From an uncultured Desulfosarcina sp. (GTDB lineage Bacteria > Desulfobacterota > Desulfobacteria > Desulfobacterales > Desulfosarcinaceae): a stretch of DNA of 64,000 nt. Below, in pieces: positions 31,953-43,700 of this stretch. The position numbers were made by a program, and so were the translations under genes. Where the stretch lies: positions 2,432,001 through 2,496,000 of the forward strand of contig CAXXWQ010000003.1 in assembly GCA_963674945.2 (NCBI GenBank), in the 5' to 3' direction. The notes under the pieces were generated by a model. The model had not been told where the DNA came from and searched no databases. It saw nothing but the letters and a program-made list of their open reading frames with translations. The stretch's first letter is position 1. Each line of letters opens with the position of its first letter.

Positions 31953-33151
31953 TTGTCTGCCTCTCCCCTTTTCCTTTCCGGTACCTGCTCCTTTTGTGGC
32001 GTTCCTGGGTAGATCACCAATGGTTGACCGGGATGAATCACGCTGTCCACACCCAAACGGTTCCAGATTAACAAGGCGGCCAAAGGAACGTCAAATTTGG
32101 CGGCAATCACGGATAGGCTGTCACCCGGATTGACCGTGTAGATGCTCTGTTTCCGTATCTTGGCATCGGCTTCGATACCCTCCTGTAGCCTGTATGAGAA
32201 TCCCTTTTCTCCTTCAGCAGGGATATTGACCTTTCGGATGCCCGTTGCAAGGTAATATCCTCGTATCTCCGGGTTTAAATACTTGATGACCGTAAAATCG
32301 GTTCTCGCAGCACCCGCAATGAGACGCAATGGGATCTGTTCGAATGCATTGATGGAAACAGTTGAAAATTGCACCGGCGCATAAAAATCGTCCTGAGAAA
32401 GTGAAAAGCCATATTTTTCAGGAGCTTGAAATATCTTTTGAACGGAGAGGATACGAAGAACGAATCGTTGGGTCTCCAATGGGAGATAGAGACGGTAGTA
32501 GTCGTCAGTCCCCTGTTCCAGAATCTGTGCGTGTAGCCCCTCCTCTCCCATGTTGTAGGCTGCCAAGGCCAGACTCCAAGATTCGAATTGACGTTTCAGA
32601 TCCGTTAAATAGCGCAGCGCCGCAGTGGTACTCAGATACGGGTTGCGCCGTTCATCGAAATCATCGTTGACCAACAATCCATATTTTTTCGCCGTTTGGG
32701 GCATCAGTTGCCACATGCCCATGGCGCCCTTGGGAGAACCGACATGGACCCGCAGTGCACTTTCCGCGACGGCCAGATACTTGATATCCTCGGGCAGCTT
32801 GTTTTTCGAAAGCGCCTCTTCGATGAATGGAAAGTATCGCGTGCTGCGTTTCAGCCATAGAATCACCTGGGCGCGATTGTCCAGACAGATCAACATCTCC
32901 TTTTCGAAGCGCTCCTTCACCTGATGGTCATGCATGGGAACAGGTTCACCACAAAAGCTGACCGGATCTTCCAATGCCAGGGCCGACAGCATTGGATCGG
33001 TTGTGATTTCGATCGCTGTGGCAGAAATAAAGTGACACGAAATGAAAAATAAAAGTGTCGTGTAGCAACAAATGACGATCTGATTTGATATCTTCGAAAA
33101 CATATTTGTCCAAGTCGCCTTTTTATCAGACCAATTGAATGGAACCGACAC
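31949..33151 (-). CDS. Lytic transglycosylase (MltD-like) with LysM
   Basis: AESAL, GAMGMWQLM, AAYNMG, C-terminal YTVNPGDSL. Start uncertain. Confidence 0.9.
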   Translation of the reverse strand: MSVPFNWSDKKATWTNMFSKISNQIVICCYTTLLFFISCHFISATAIEITTDPMLSALALEDPVSFCGEPVPMHDHQVKERFEKEMLICLDNRAQVILWLKRSTRYFPFIEEALSKNKLPEDIKYLAVAESALRVHVGSPKGAMGMWQLMPQTAKKYGLLVNDDFDERRNPYLSTTAALRYLTDLKRQFESWSLALAAYNMGEEGLHAQILEQGTDDYYRLYLPLETQRFVLRILSVQKIFQAPEKYGFSLSQDDFYAPVQFSTVSINAFEQIPLRLIAGAARTDFTVIKYLNPEIRGYYLATGIRKVNIPAEGEKGFSYRLQEGIEADAKIRKQSIYTVNPGDSLSVIAAKFDVPLAALLIWNRLGVDSVIHPGQPLVIYPGTPQKEQVPERKRGEADK

Positions 33152-33374
33152 CGACTATAAGGAGTTATTCAATGAAAACAATAAAGACTTTTTATAAAAA
33201 GCCGTTTCCATTTGGATCATTCGGTACAAACTATCTGCCAACAGCACGATTGTTCGGCCATACTTGTACCGGAAAAGCTTTCGCGAGTTTTTCAAGGAAG
33301 ATACAGATGTATTTTCCCATCATCGACAAGACGTATTGCCGTTGAGAGGAGAGGCAAGGGTTGTGGGCCAACCA

Positions 33375-33800
33375 CTATTTGATGTTCAACCAACTGCACA
33401 TCATTTGTTTGACGTCGGCATTTTGGAGTTTTTCGTCGGTGATGGAAATCAACCCAAGACGAATGGAAATACGCTCATCGTCTCCCCAGGGCCACCAGGC
33501 CGCAAATAGAACCACGCCCTGGACCGGATCATGGGTAAACAGCTTCTGTCCGGGGACGACACCGAATCCGGTCTGGAAATAATCCCTTACGGCCACATCC
33601 GCGTCCTCAATGGTGGAAAAGTCCCATCTGTGTGAAAATTCGAGACCCAGCGGAAGTTCAACCATAATTTCATCTTTACGGCTGATCACCGTATGCGCAA
33701 GATTGAATTCTTTATCCCATCGCCATGGACAATTTTCGGGGATGTTCAGGCTGATTCGTTGGCAGATACCTTCCAGGGGGTGCAACTGGTCGAATGGCAT
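33375..33800 (-). CDS. Hypothetical protein
   Basis: AAGGA RBS; starts 8 nt after the upstream gene; no recognised motif. Confidence 0.7.
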   Translation of the reverse strand: MPFDQLHPLEGICQRISLNIPENCPWRWDKEFNLAHTVISRKDEIMVELPLGLEFSHRWDFSTIEDADVAVRDYFQTGFGVVPGQKLFTHDPVQGVVLFAAWWPWGDDERISIRLGLISITDEKLQNADVKQMMCSWLNIK

Positions 33801-33808
33801 TGGTTTCC

Positions 33809-34765
33809 TTATTGAAAAGATTTACTGATGCGTCCAGCTTCCCGATTCTGGAAGATCAACTCCTTGGGAATGATCGAATCATCGTAAGTGATCTTTCCAT
33901 GGGAAAGGCTTCCGGGTTCCAGGACACTATCCAGACTGTCGCTGATCTCACAGGACATTGGTTCGTCGTCACCATCCAGCAGGGTGAAATAGTCAGGATG
34001 AGTAGTGATAATCTGGTTGCTGACATTTTTCACCCATACATATAACGATCCGTCACCCATATCGTGAACGGCCATTTTCGCGATACCGTTCCCCGTATAT
34101 TGGCGTAGCCGTTCATTGCGATCCGGCCTGCTTTCTTCCCAGGCTTTCCGTAATTTTTCCTTTTCCGCTTTGGCGGCCCGGGCCTCCCGTCGTTCATTCT
34201 GTTCAACGAGACGCGCCTCGTAATACGAAACCTTCTTCTGGTATTTTGGATTTTCTGGATCCAGTTGTAATAATTGGCGATACAGTTTCAGGTTGGAAGC
34301 GACATTATACGCCGGGATCGGGGCAACCGCTTTCTCCAACTCTTCGATTTTATTCCGGCGCTCGGCGGCTTGTCGTTCGCGGGCCAACGTCGCCTCTTTT
34401 TCCGCCTGCCGGCGCGCCTCTTCAATTTTCATCCGCCGAAGGCGTTCCTCTTCCTCCCTGACCCACCGGTCTCTGATATCACCACCGACGGCAGCCACCA
34501 GGCCGTTTTCGAACGCGACGGGGGTGCACAGCGCCTTGACCACGGGTGTCTCGGGGGATGGCTTTTTTTTCGTCTGGTAATATGCGACAAACCGTTGCTT
34601 TGATATTTCCTCCATAATGTCCGGAGAACCCATCTGGTCATCGACCATCTTTTTTGTGTCTCCGATCTGAACCAATTTGAGCGCTTTAACGTTTTTCTGC
34701 GCCTCTGTGTGGGAGCAACCGCAAAGTAACACGGCCGTGACGAATAGAATCGCCCATGATCGCAT
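33809..34765 (-). CDS. Hypothetical lipoprotein with a coiled-coil middle region
   Basis: Lipobox LCGC, AAGGAG RBS, E/R-rich helices. Confidence 0.75.
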   Translation of the reverse strand: MRSWAILFVTAVLLCGCSHTEAQKNVKALKLVQIGDTKKMVDDQMGSPDIMEEISKQRFVAYYQTKKKPSPETPVVKALCTPVAFENGLVAAVGGDIRDRWVREEEERLRRMKIEEARRQAEKEATLARERQAAERRNKIEELEKAVAPIPAYNVASNLKLYRQLLQLDPENPKYQKKVSYYEARLVEQNERREARAAKAEKEKLRKAWEESRPDRNERLRQYTGNGIAKMAVHDMGDGSLYVWVKNVSNQIITTHPDYFTLLDGDDEPMSCEISDSLDSVLEPGSLSHGKITYDDSIIPKELIFQNREAGRISKSFQ

Positions 34766-34803
34766 AGTGCCAATCTCCTTGTTCCATGGTGGGCCAGACA
34801 TGG

Positions 34804-35301
34804 TTACCGTTCATCTCTTTTTCGCCCGGCAATGGGCTCTGCGAATCGAATTTCCGAATCCCAGGGAAACAAAATCCATGTGTCTTGACTGACTTCGGTC
34901 ATAAACGTGTCGACCAGTGGACGGCCGGCGGGTTTTGCATAGATGGTGGCAAAATGGGCTTTGGGGACCAGTTCCCGCACCGATTTCGCAGTCTTGCCGG
35001 TATCGACCAGGTCATCCACAAGCAGCCAACCCTCTCCGTTTTCCAGTGTGGACTTGAGTATCTGGACAGCTCCCCGATGTTTTCCGTCGTAGCTGGCGAT
35101 GCAGATGGTATCGATCAACCGTATCGCCAATTCCCGGGCGATGATGGCCGTCGGAACGAGTCCGCCACGGGTGATGGCGATGATACCGGACCACGGGCCC
35201 TTTTCCATCAGTCTCCAAGAAAGGGCGCGTGCATCGCGATGCAGTTGTTCCCACGAAACCGGATAGGTGCGCTGATAGGGGGTTGCGTCACCGAAAGTCA
35301 T
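34804..35301 (-). CDS. gpt: Xanthine-guanine phosphoribosyltransferase
   Basis: [27 protein letters not shown]. Confidence 0.93.
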   Translation of the reverse strand: MTFGDATPYQRTYPVSWEQLHRDARALSWRLMEKGPWSGIIAITRGGLVPTAIIARELAIRLIDTICIASYDGKHRGAVQILKSTLENGEGWLLVDDLVDTGKTAKSVRELVPKAHFATIYAKPAGRPLVDTFMTEVSQDTWILFPWDSEIRFAEPIAGRKRDER

Positions 35302-35450
35302 GATATACCAAGTCGCCTTCCATGCCAAATATGCGTAAATACCAATAAAGAGTATCGGCACTTTTACAGCCAAGGTTTAGCATTGTACCAAAACGAGTTG
35401 ACAGGAAAATGCCCACGGAAGGTTCAAACCTGCCGGATCTGCGGCCATGT

Positions 35451-36107
35451 TCATATCATTGAAAGCACCTTACTCACCAGCTTTTCGATGCCGACCGCCA
35501 CATCCTTGATGCCCGGACCCAGCATGTACGCCGGGGTCGTGACGATTCGATTGTTATCGTCCACACAGATGTCGGAAACCTTGCAATCCTTATGCGTTCC
35601 GCCCATTGTGCCGATGGCCGCAGCGGTGCCGACGTCGTTTCCGATGGTCACCCGAGGCTTTCGATCGGACAGGGCGCAAACGAGGGTTGCAGGAGCGATG
35701 CATATTGCGCCGACGGGCTTTTCTAACTGGACCATCTCTCCCAGCAGCCGTTTCACCTGCGGATGAACCGTAGCGGACGGGCCATTGACAGCAAAATCAC
35801 TGAGATTTTTGGCGGCTCCGAATCCTCCGGGAATGATCAATGCATCGATATCGCCCCCCTTTACCGACGCCACATCCTCGATTTCGCCCCTGGCGATCCT
35901 TGCCGATTCCACCAGCACGTTTCTTTTCTCCGCGACGGTCTGCTGGCTGAGGTGGTCGATCACGTGCAGTTGCTCCATATCCGGCGCCATACATCGTATC
36001 GTCGCGCCTGCCTGGTCCAAAAATAATAATGTCAAGACGGCTTCGTGAATTTCACTGCCGTCGAAAACACCGCAACCTGAAAGTAATACACCAATTTTTT
36101 TGCTCAT
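35451..36107 (-). CDS. elbB: ElbB glyoxalase (DJ-1/PfpI family)
   Basis: GCGVFDGSEIHE, ESARIARG, PGGFGAAKNL, TTPAYM. Confidence 0.95.
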   Translation of the reverse strand: MSKKIGVLLSGCGVFDGSEIHEAVLTLLFLDQAGATIRCMAPDMEQLHVIDHLSQQTVAEKRNVLVESARIARGEIEDVASVKGGDIDALIIPGGFGAAKNLSDFAVNGPSATVHPQVKRLLGEMVQLEKPVGAICIAPATLVCALSDRKPRVTIGNDVGTAAAIGTMGGTHKDCKVSDICVDDNNRIVTTPAYMLGPGIKDVAVGIEKLVSKVLSMI

Positions 36108-36129
36108 TTGATTACCTTTTCGTCTAAAT

Positions 36130-36513
36130 TTACATCAACACATGTTTGTCCAATACGAAACAGGTGAACATTCCTTGGAAGACCTCATCACCATTTTTCG
36201 TCACACTCACGGATACCCAATATTTCTTTCCCTTGATTTCCTGGACCTTGGCTGTCGCCAGGACTTTCTCTCCCACGCGCACCGGTTTGAGGAACTTCAC
36301 ATCCGAGGCGCCAAGAACGACATGGGGGTGGTTTACCGCGATCATGGCCGCATAGTCCGCAGCACCAAAGATAAAGCCGCCATGCACCAGGCCCATGCGG
36401 TCGGCCGCCATTCGCTTCGTCGTGGTGAGTTCCACCTTGCTATGCCCGCGTTCCAATAAGATCGGCGTACCACACAAATCCTGATCGATTTTACCGTGGG
36501 TTTCAATCTTCAT
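36130..36513 (-). CDS. PaaI/hotdog-fold thioesterase
   Basis: GLVHGGFIFGAADYA, FLKPV. Confidence 0.88.
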   Translation of the reverse strand: MKIETHGKIDQDLCGTPILLERGHSKVELTTTKRMAADRMGLVHGGFIFGAADYAAMIAVNHPHVVLGASDVKFLKPVRVGEKVLATAKVQEIKGKKYWVSVSVTKNGDEVFQGMFTCFVLDKHVLM

Positions 36514-36677
36514 CTTTCTCTCCACAGATTTCATTGGATGGGGTTTTTTCTTATCTCGTATAATTTTCTATTTGGTCAAAATCTTGTAGCGGTGGCTTGA
36601 AAAGAGTTTTCAATCATAATAAAAAGTGCATGATACTGTCAATCCATCGTAAAGCATCATAAAAAAGAGAGGGAAAC

Positions 36678-37796
36678 GTGAACGATATCCACCAGGAACG
36701 AATCGCACGCGTCAGACAGAAATTGGCAGACGAGGGCCTGGATGCAATGATGGTCTCTGTACAGGAAAATCGCTACTATCTCAGCGGGTTTTCCGGAGAA
36801 GACACCCAATTCGATGAATCGGCCGGTTCACTTATTATCTCCTGTGATAAATTGGTACTGGCCACGGATGGCCGCTACGAAGAGCAGGCGCGAAACGAAG
36901 CCATTGGATTCGACATCGTCTGCTACAAAAAAGGCGTCGAGCAGGTTCTGCCGGAGATTGCAGGCTCGTTGGGTGTGAAGCGAATCGGTTTTGAAAGCGT
37001 TCGCATTTCCCACAAGAACCACGCCGCCATGAACTCGGCCATTGCCACCATGGATCCCCTTACAGCCTTGATTCCCACTGAAAATATCGTGGAATCGCTG
37101 CGTCAAATCAAAAGCGAGGAGGAAATTCAGCACACGATCGATGCCCTGCGCCTGGCCGAAGGGGCGTTCTCGCGCGTGCTTGCCATGGTTGAACCGGAGA
37201 TGACCGAAAAGGCGGTGGCCTGGGAAATGGAAAAGGCGATGCGGGAAGCCGGCGCGCAATCGCTCTCGTTTCCCGTCATCGTGGCTTCCGGGCCCAATAG
37301 CGCCCTGCCCCATGCCGTGCCCACCGACCGCAAACTAAAAAGAGGAGAGCCCATTCTCATCGACTGGGGCGCAAGACTGAACGCATATTGTTCGGATACC
37401 ACCCGGACCTTTGTTTTGGGAACACCCGACGATCGATTCAAGAAAGTCTACGACACTGTGGTAACGGCCAGAGAACTGGCCATCGGGGCGATAAAGGAGG
37501 GAGAAACCGGAAATCGGATCGACAGAATCGCCAGGGAACACATCAGGAAAAATGGCTTTGCCGGTAAATTCGGTCATGGTCTCGGGCACGGCACGGGACT
37601 GGCCGTCCATGAAAGCCCCCGATTGAGCCCCATGAGAGAGGATCGGCTGGAAGCGGGGATGATCGTCACGGTGGAACCGGGGGTTTACCTTCCGGGTTGG
37701 GGCGGAATTCGCATGGAAAACCAAGTTGTAGTGAAAACATCAGGCGCCCGGGTACTCAATGATCCAGCCCCCTTCGATCCTGTCGTAGGCGCATAG
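36678..37796 (+). CDS. Xaa-Pro peptidase (M24B)
   Basis: YCSDTTRT, HGLGHG, VHE, TVEPG, GIRME. Confidence 0.93.
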   Translation: MNDIHQERIARVRQKLADEGLDAMMVSVQENRYYLSGFSGEDTQFDESAGSLIISCDKLVLATDGRYEEQARNEAIGFDIVCYKKGVEQVLPEIAGSLGVKRIGFESVRISHKNHAAMNSAIATMDPLTALIPTENIVESLRQIKSEEEIQHTIDALRLAEGAFSRVLAMVEPEMTEKAVAWEMEKAMREAGAQSLSFPVIVASGPNSALPHAVPTDRKLKRGEPILIDWGARLNAYCSDTTRTFVLGTPDDRFKKVYDTVVTARELAIGAIKEGETGNRIDRIAREHIRKNGFAGKFGHGLGHGTGLAVHESPRLSPMREDRLEAGMIVTVEPGVYLPGWGGIRMENQVVVKTSGARVLNDPAPFDPVVGA

Positions 37797-37799
37797 CTC

Positions 37800-38705
37800 A
37801 TGGAACCGGTAACGAAATTCGATGGTGATCTTGATCAATACCGCACGTTCCTGTTGATGGAAAAGGGCCTGAGTGAAAAGACCATCGAAGCATACGCCTC
37901 GGACCTGATACGATTCGGTAAATTTATATCATCTCACGGCATAACAAAGCCGGGTGATATCGACTCGGGATCGATCCTTTCCTATCTGATTCATCTTCGC
38001 GAGAAGGGATTGAATGCGAGGTCCAGGGCCCGTCATCTGGTAAGTTTGCGCGGATTTTTCAATTTCCTGTCCCACGAAAAGCGCATCGAAACGAATCCCG
38101 CCAAAGCCATCGATCTACCCAAAATCGGCATGCATCTTCCCGATGTGTTGAGTGTTGCGGACGTGGAGGCACTGATTGCGGCTCCCGATCGTAAAAAACC
38201 GGAGGGGATTCGGGATGCCGCCATGCTCGAATTGTTGTACGGTGCCGGCCTGCGGGTCTCGGAATTAATTCACCTGAGACAAAACGGCATCAACCTGGAG
38301 GCCGGATTCGTTCGGGTATTGGGAAAAGGCGACAAGGAACGTGTCATTCCCATCGGTAAAATGGCCTCGGACGCCGTCGGCGATTATCTTGCAAGATCCC
38401 GCGCTGCACTTTTAAAGAATCGGACCAGCAGCTTTCTGTTCGTCACGCGCAGGGGAAGTGCCATGACAAGGCAAAGTTTTTGGCATCTGATTCGTCGTTA
38501 CGGCAATCAGGCCCGGCTTGCCAAGAAAATCACCCCCCACAGCCTGCGCCACTCTTTCGCGACCCATTTGTTAGAGGGAGGTGCGGACCTTCGCGCCGTT
38601 CAGATCATGCTGGGGCATGCGGATATCTCCACCACCCAGATTTACACCCATGTGGCCCAAAATCAGTTGATTGTGGCCCACAGGAAATATCATCCACGTG
38701 GATAA
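37800..38705 (+). CDS. xerD: Tyrosine recombinase XerD
   Basis: GLRVSE, GKGDKER, HSLRHSFATHLL, LGH, TQIY. Confidence 0.93.
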   Translation: MEPVTKFDGDLDQYRTFLLMEKGLSEKTIEAYASDLIRFGKFISSHGITKPGDIDSGSILSYLIHLREKGLNARSRARHLVSLRGFFNFLSHEKRIETNPAKAIDLPKIGMHLPDVLSVADVEALIAAPDRKKPEGIRDAAMLELLYGAGLRVSELIHLRQNGINLEAGFVRVLGKGDKERVIPIGKMASDAVGDYLARSRAALLKNRTSSFLFVTRRGSAMTRQSFWHLIRRYGNQARLAKKITPHSLRHSFATHLLEGGADLRAVQIMLGHADISTTQIYTHVAQNQLIVAHRKYHPRG

Positions 38706-38776
38706 TGAATCGATCTTGAAAAACCGTACATCATTTCTCGTATCACCGTTTATCCGTCAAAAAAGGAGGCGCAGTA

Positions 38777-40417
38777 GTGAAAAGGGATATGCCGATTACG
38801 CCCATTGGTTTCTGGCGGCCGGAACAAAATCAACCCAAAAGCGGTGCGGATGCCGTTTGGAATGCCGTTGGCAACTTGTCCCGGCCCATTTACCTGCTGA
38901 ATATGGACGGCCACATCGGTGCGGTACAAGATGGCCGAATCACCATCGGCGCCAGGAAGACAAATGGCACACAAGGCCAAGATCTTTTGGCATGGGCGCC
39001 GGCGTTGCCACTTACTTCCCTTGGAGACCCTGAATTTCTTGCAGCCCACGGATTGCGGTATGCTTACGTATGTGGCGCCATGGCCAATGGCATCACCTCC
39101 ACCGCCATGGTGGAGGCGGCGGGAAAAGCCGGTATGATCGGTTTTTTCGGTGCTGGTGGGCTATCGATCCGGCAGATTGAGGCAGCCATCGATCGCCTGC
39201 AACAAAACCTTGGTAACGTTCCTTACGGTTTCAACCTGATTCACAGTCCCAATGACATGGCATTGGAGCAAAATACCGTCGATCTATACATCCAAAAAGG
39301 AATTACGCTGGTTTCGGCATCGGCCTATCTGGATTTGACGACCCCGTTGGTGCAGTATCGGATTCATGGTATTCATCGTGACGATGGGGGAGAAATCGTT
39401 TGTCCCAACCGCATCATCGCAAAGGTTTCCAGGGAAGAGGTGGCCCGTAAGTTTTTCTCTCCACCGGAAGAAAAGCATCTTCGTAAGCTGGTAAATCAGG
39501 GGAAAATCACCGATGTCCAAGCCGAAATGGCCAGTCGCATTCCCATGGCCCAGGACCTGACGGCAGAAGCCGACTCCGGCGGACACACGGACAACCGCCC
39601 GGCGCTATGCCTTTTTCCAACCATGGTCGCCCTGCGGAACGAGATGACCGCCCTGCATAACTATGATGTCCCTTTGCGGGTGGGACTGGCCGGGGGAATC
39701 GCGACACCCGAATCTGCCGCCGCCGCCTTTTCCATGGGCGCCGCCTACATTCTCACCGGTTCCATCAACCAGTCCTGCGTCGAAGCCGACACGTCGGACC
39801 TTGTCAAGAAGATGCTTTCCGAGGCGCGCCAGGCGGATATCATCATGGCACCTGCTGCGGACATGTTCGAGATGGGGGTGAAGGTTCAGGTGCTCAAGCG
39901 GGGAACAATGTTCTCCATGCGTGGTACCAAGTTGTACGATATCTACCGTACCTACGAGCGTTTCGAAGATGTGCCGGAAAGCATTCGCAGACAGGTGGAG
40001 GGAAGTTTTCTGAAATGTAGTTTTCATCAGGAATGGGAAAACACCCGAACCTTTTTCCTGAACCGGGACATAGCTCAGGTCGAACGAGCGGAAAGGGATC
40101 CCAAACATAAAATGGCCCTTGTATTTCGTTCCTATCTGGGACGGGCGTCGCTCTGGGCAAAAAAGGGGATCCCAGAGCGTGCCATCGATTATCAGATTTG
40201 GTGCGGTCCGGCCATGGGTGCCTTCAACGAATGGGTGAAAGGATCCTTTCTCGAACGTCCGGACAACCGGGATATCGTTACCATCGCCATGAACCTGTTG
40301 TATGGTGCCGCTGTTATTGCGCGTCGAAACAGCTTGCTGGCACAATGCGGCCAACTCCCCTTTTCCCGGCAGCCCATATCACCGGTCAGACTGGATTTGA
40401 TTCGATCACAAATTTGA
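38777..40417 (+). CDS. pfaD: PfaD-family enoyl reductase
   Basis: GAMANGI, EADSGGHTDNRP, MAPAADMFEMGV, DYQIWCGP. Confidence 0.95.
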   Translation: MKRDMPITPIGFWRPEQNQPKSGADAVWNAVGNLSRPIYLLNMDGHIGAVQDGRITIGARKTNGTQGQDLLAWAPALPLTSLGDPEFLAAHGLRYAYVCGAMANGITSTAMVEAAGKAGMIGFFGAGGLSIRQIEAAIDRLQQNLGNVPYGFNLIHSPNDMALEQNTVDLYIQKGITLVSASAYLDLTTPLVQYRIHGIHRDDGGEIVCPNRIIAKVSREEVARKFFSPPEEKHLRKLVNQGKITDVQAEMASRIPMAQDLTAEADSGGHTDNRPALCLFPTMVALRNEMTALHNYDVPLRVGLAGGIATPESAAAAFSMGAAYILTGSINQSCVEADTSDLVKKMLSEARQADIIMAPAADMFEMGVKVQVLKRGTMFSMRGTKLYDIYRTYERFEDVPESIRRQVEGSFLKCSFHQEWENTRTFFLNRDIAQVERAERDPKHKMALVFRSYLGRASLWAKKGIPERAIDYQIWCGPAMGAFNEWVKGSFLERPDNRDIVTIAMNLLYGAAVIARRNSLLAQCGQLPFSRQPISPVRLDLIRSQI

Positions 40418-40711
40418 GACGATCCATTCAAACGAGACTATTATATTGTGCATTTATTTTGAATACGGCTGTATAAGTTATGTTGCTGTTATATCTGCAT
40501 AACAACCAATGGGACATCTCTTCTTCCTTGTATTTTGTAGAATGATGAATTATAGTAATGCCTTGAGTTTTCCAAAAAGAAGACGATCTAAATGAATCGG
40601 ATATTGTCGTTACACTACCCAGTGAAGTAAAAAATGGATTCGTGAACGAAAATAGATATCTGAAATAATCGTTTATTCAAATACTACATAACGCAAGACA
40701 CCGATAACCAA

Positions 40712-43700
40712 ATGACCACACAATCACGCAGCAGCCAGCCACCGGTGGCGATCATCGGAATGGGTGCCCTGTTCGCCAACTCGAAAAATCTGAAATCATA
40801 CTGGCGGATTTTGCGCAACGGGATAGACTGCATTACCGATCCTCCTGAATCCCACAGCCAGTTGCAGGATATCCACGACGTCGATCCGAAAAAACCGGAT
40901 CACATTTATTGTAACAGAGGTGGCTTTTTGCCTCCCCTGCCCTTCGATCCCACCGAATTTGGGATTCCGCCGACAGCGCTGGAAGCCACGGACACGTCTC
41001 AACTGCTGGGTCTCGTGGCCGCAAAGATGGCGCTGTCCGATGCCGGATACGGAGATGGGCGGGAATTTGATCGGGATCGAACTTCCGTGATCCTCGGCGT
41101 CACCGGCACCCAGGAACTCGTCATCTCGTTGGGTTCCCGGTTGGGGCATCCTTTCTGGCGCAAGGCACTTGACGGCAAAGGACTCGACGATCGACAGATA
41201 AAGTCTATCATCGATGATATTTCAGACAGTTATGTCTCGTGGCAGGAAAACTCCTTCCCTGGCCTTTTGGGCAACGTCGTCGCCGGTCGGATTTGCAACC
41301 GCCTCAATTTGGGCGGAACCAACTGCGTGGTGGATGCCGCCTGTGCCAGCAGCCTCAGTGCAATCCACCTGGCGATTCTGGAGCTTACATCTGGAAAGAG
41401 CAACATGGTCGTCACCGGCGGGGTGGATACCATCAACGATCCCTTCATGCACATGTGCTTCGCCAAGACAGGTGTTCTTTCCCACACGGGGAATGCCCGT
41501 CCCTTTTCCGCCGATGCCGATGGTACCGTGCTCGGGGAAGGAATCGGCATCGTCGTGTTGCGGCGACTGGAAGATGCCGAAAGGGATAGAGATCGGATAT
41601 ATGCCGTGATCCGCGGCATCGGATCATCCAGCGACGGCAAATCACAGAGCATTTACGCGCCACGGGCAGATGGTCAGGCACGGGCCCTGCGAGAAGCGTA
41701 CCGAAATGCTGGTATTCCGATAGAAACGGTGAACGCCATCGAGGCCCACGGCACCGGAACCCGTGTGGGGGATGAGGTGGAATTTTCCGCCCTGAAAAGC
41801 GTTTTCGGCGAAGTGCGTCCCAACGGCAACCGTTGCGCCTTAGGTTCCGTCAAATCCATGATCGGCCATACGAAAGCGGCCGCTGGAGCGGCGGGTCTGA
41901 TAAAGTCGGCGTTGTCATTGTACAACAAGGTGCTGCTTCCCACCCTCAAGGCAACGGTGCCCGACCCGAAACTGGAAATTGAATCCAGCCCATTTTACCT
42001 GAATAACCGATCCCGCCCCTGGTTCAAACCGAAGGATCATCCCCGCAGAAGTGGTGTGAGCGCATTCGGCTTCGGTGGCAGCAATTTTCATGTGGTTCTC
42101 GAAGAGTATCGACAGGAAAATCATGAGATTGGCTGGGACGGCTCCGTGGAGATCCTCGCCTTTTCGGCAGAGGACCCACAATCCATTATCGACGAAATTG
42201 ACCGTCTCCGCGATGCCTTGCGGGAAGACACAAGACCGTTTTCCCTAGAACACGCTGCAAGCCGTCTTCGCGGTGTATTTTCGACGGATCATCCGTTTCG
42301 ACTGGTTCTTGTCGTGGAAACCGATCTTTTCCAGCGCAAGATCGAAGATCACCTTTTCACCGCACGCGAAATCGTCACGAACGGCAAGGATACGTTTTCG
42401 GCTACGCAGGGCATCTATTTCGGTTCACCGGATCGAAGCCCGGGTGAGATTGCATTCCTGTTCCCAGGCCAGGGAAGCCAATATATCGACATGGGCAGGG
42501 ACCTGGCCTGTTGTTTCCCAGAAGCCATGGCAGCCATCGAATCCTTTGACAGCCGATTCGAGCATGAAACGGCGCTGGGTGAACTGATTTTTCCCCGTCC
42601 GGCCCTCTCTGACGAACAGAAGCAACAGTACATCGCCGCCATTGGTAAAACCAACGTGGCCCAACCGGCCATCGGTGCCATCAGCCTGGCCATGTTTTCG
42701 GTGCTATCGTATTTCGGCATACGGCCTCATTGCACCTGCGGCCACAGCTACGGTGAAATTCCCGCCCTATATGCCGCAGGCTGGATTGACAAGGATACTT
42801 TGGTGAATCTGAGCGCCATACGCGGCCGTCTCATGGCAGCGGCGGGAAAAGACCGGGATGCGGGCACCATGATGGCGGTCATGGCACCCATACAAGAGAT
42901 CGGATCCATCGCAGCGGAACACAAAGGCTTGGTACTGGCCAACATCAATAGTCCGCAGCAAGGCGTACTGTCCGGTACAACCCAGAGCATTGAGGCCGCC
43001 AGGGACGCCTGTGCAGAGAAAGGATATTCCGCCGTCATGCTTCCCGTGGCGGCCGCCTTTCACAGCCCCTTGGTCCAGGAGGCGCAAATTCCCTTCTCAG
43101 AAGCGCTGGCAAAGGTCCGTATCACCCCTTCGGCCGTCCCGGTATATGCAAATGTCACCGCATCCTGCTACCCCGAAGATGCCGAAGCGGCAGTCGACCT
43201 TCTTGGTCGGCAGCTCACCGCACCGGTACGTTTTATGGAGATGGTGGAAAATTTATACAAACATGGCGTGCGTACCTTCGTCGAAGTGGGCCCGAAGCGG
43301 GTGCTATCCGGGCTGGTTCGATCGACCTTGCACAGAGACGACGTCACTGCCATCGCCGTGGACCGATCTGCCGGGAAAAACGCCGGTATTTTGGATTTGG
43401 CCCATGTCATCGGCCATTTGGCCGCGTTGGGCGTCCCAGTGGAACTCAACCGCTGGGAGGAGCAACCCACAAAGGGACGATTGCCCAAGATGGTCGTGCC
43501 ACTGTCGGGCGCCAACTACCGTGTTCCCCGTAAAAAGCGGGCGAACCCTCCGCCGCAAAAAGCGGCGGATGTTCACCAACCCCATCCGCAACGCACCGGG
43601 GTCGTTATAACGACGGGCGAGAACGCACCGAAACCAAAACTACAGCATAACGATGAAATGAAACCCAACGAATCCAAACACCAATCGCCAAATGGTATGA

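Noticed and set aside
37800..38705. Integrase that mobilised the pfa locus
   Set aside because: Typical housekeeping XerD in an operon with the peptidase; no att sites seen.
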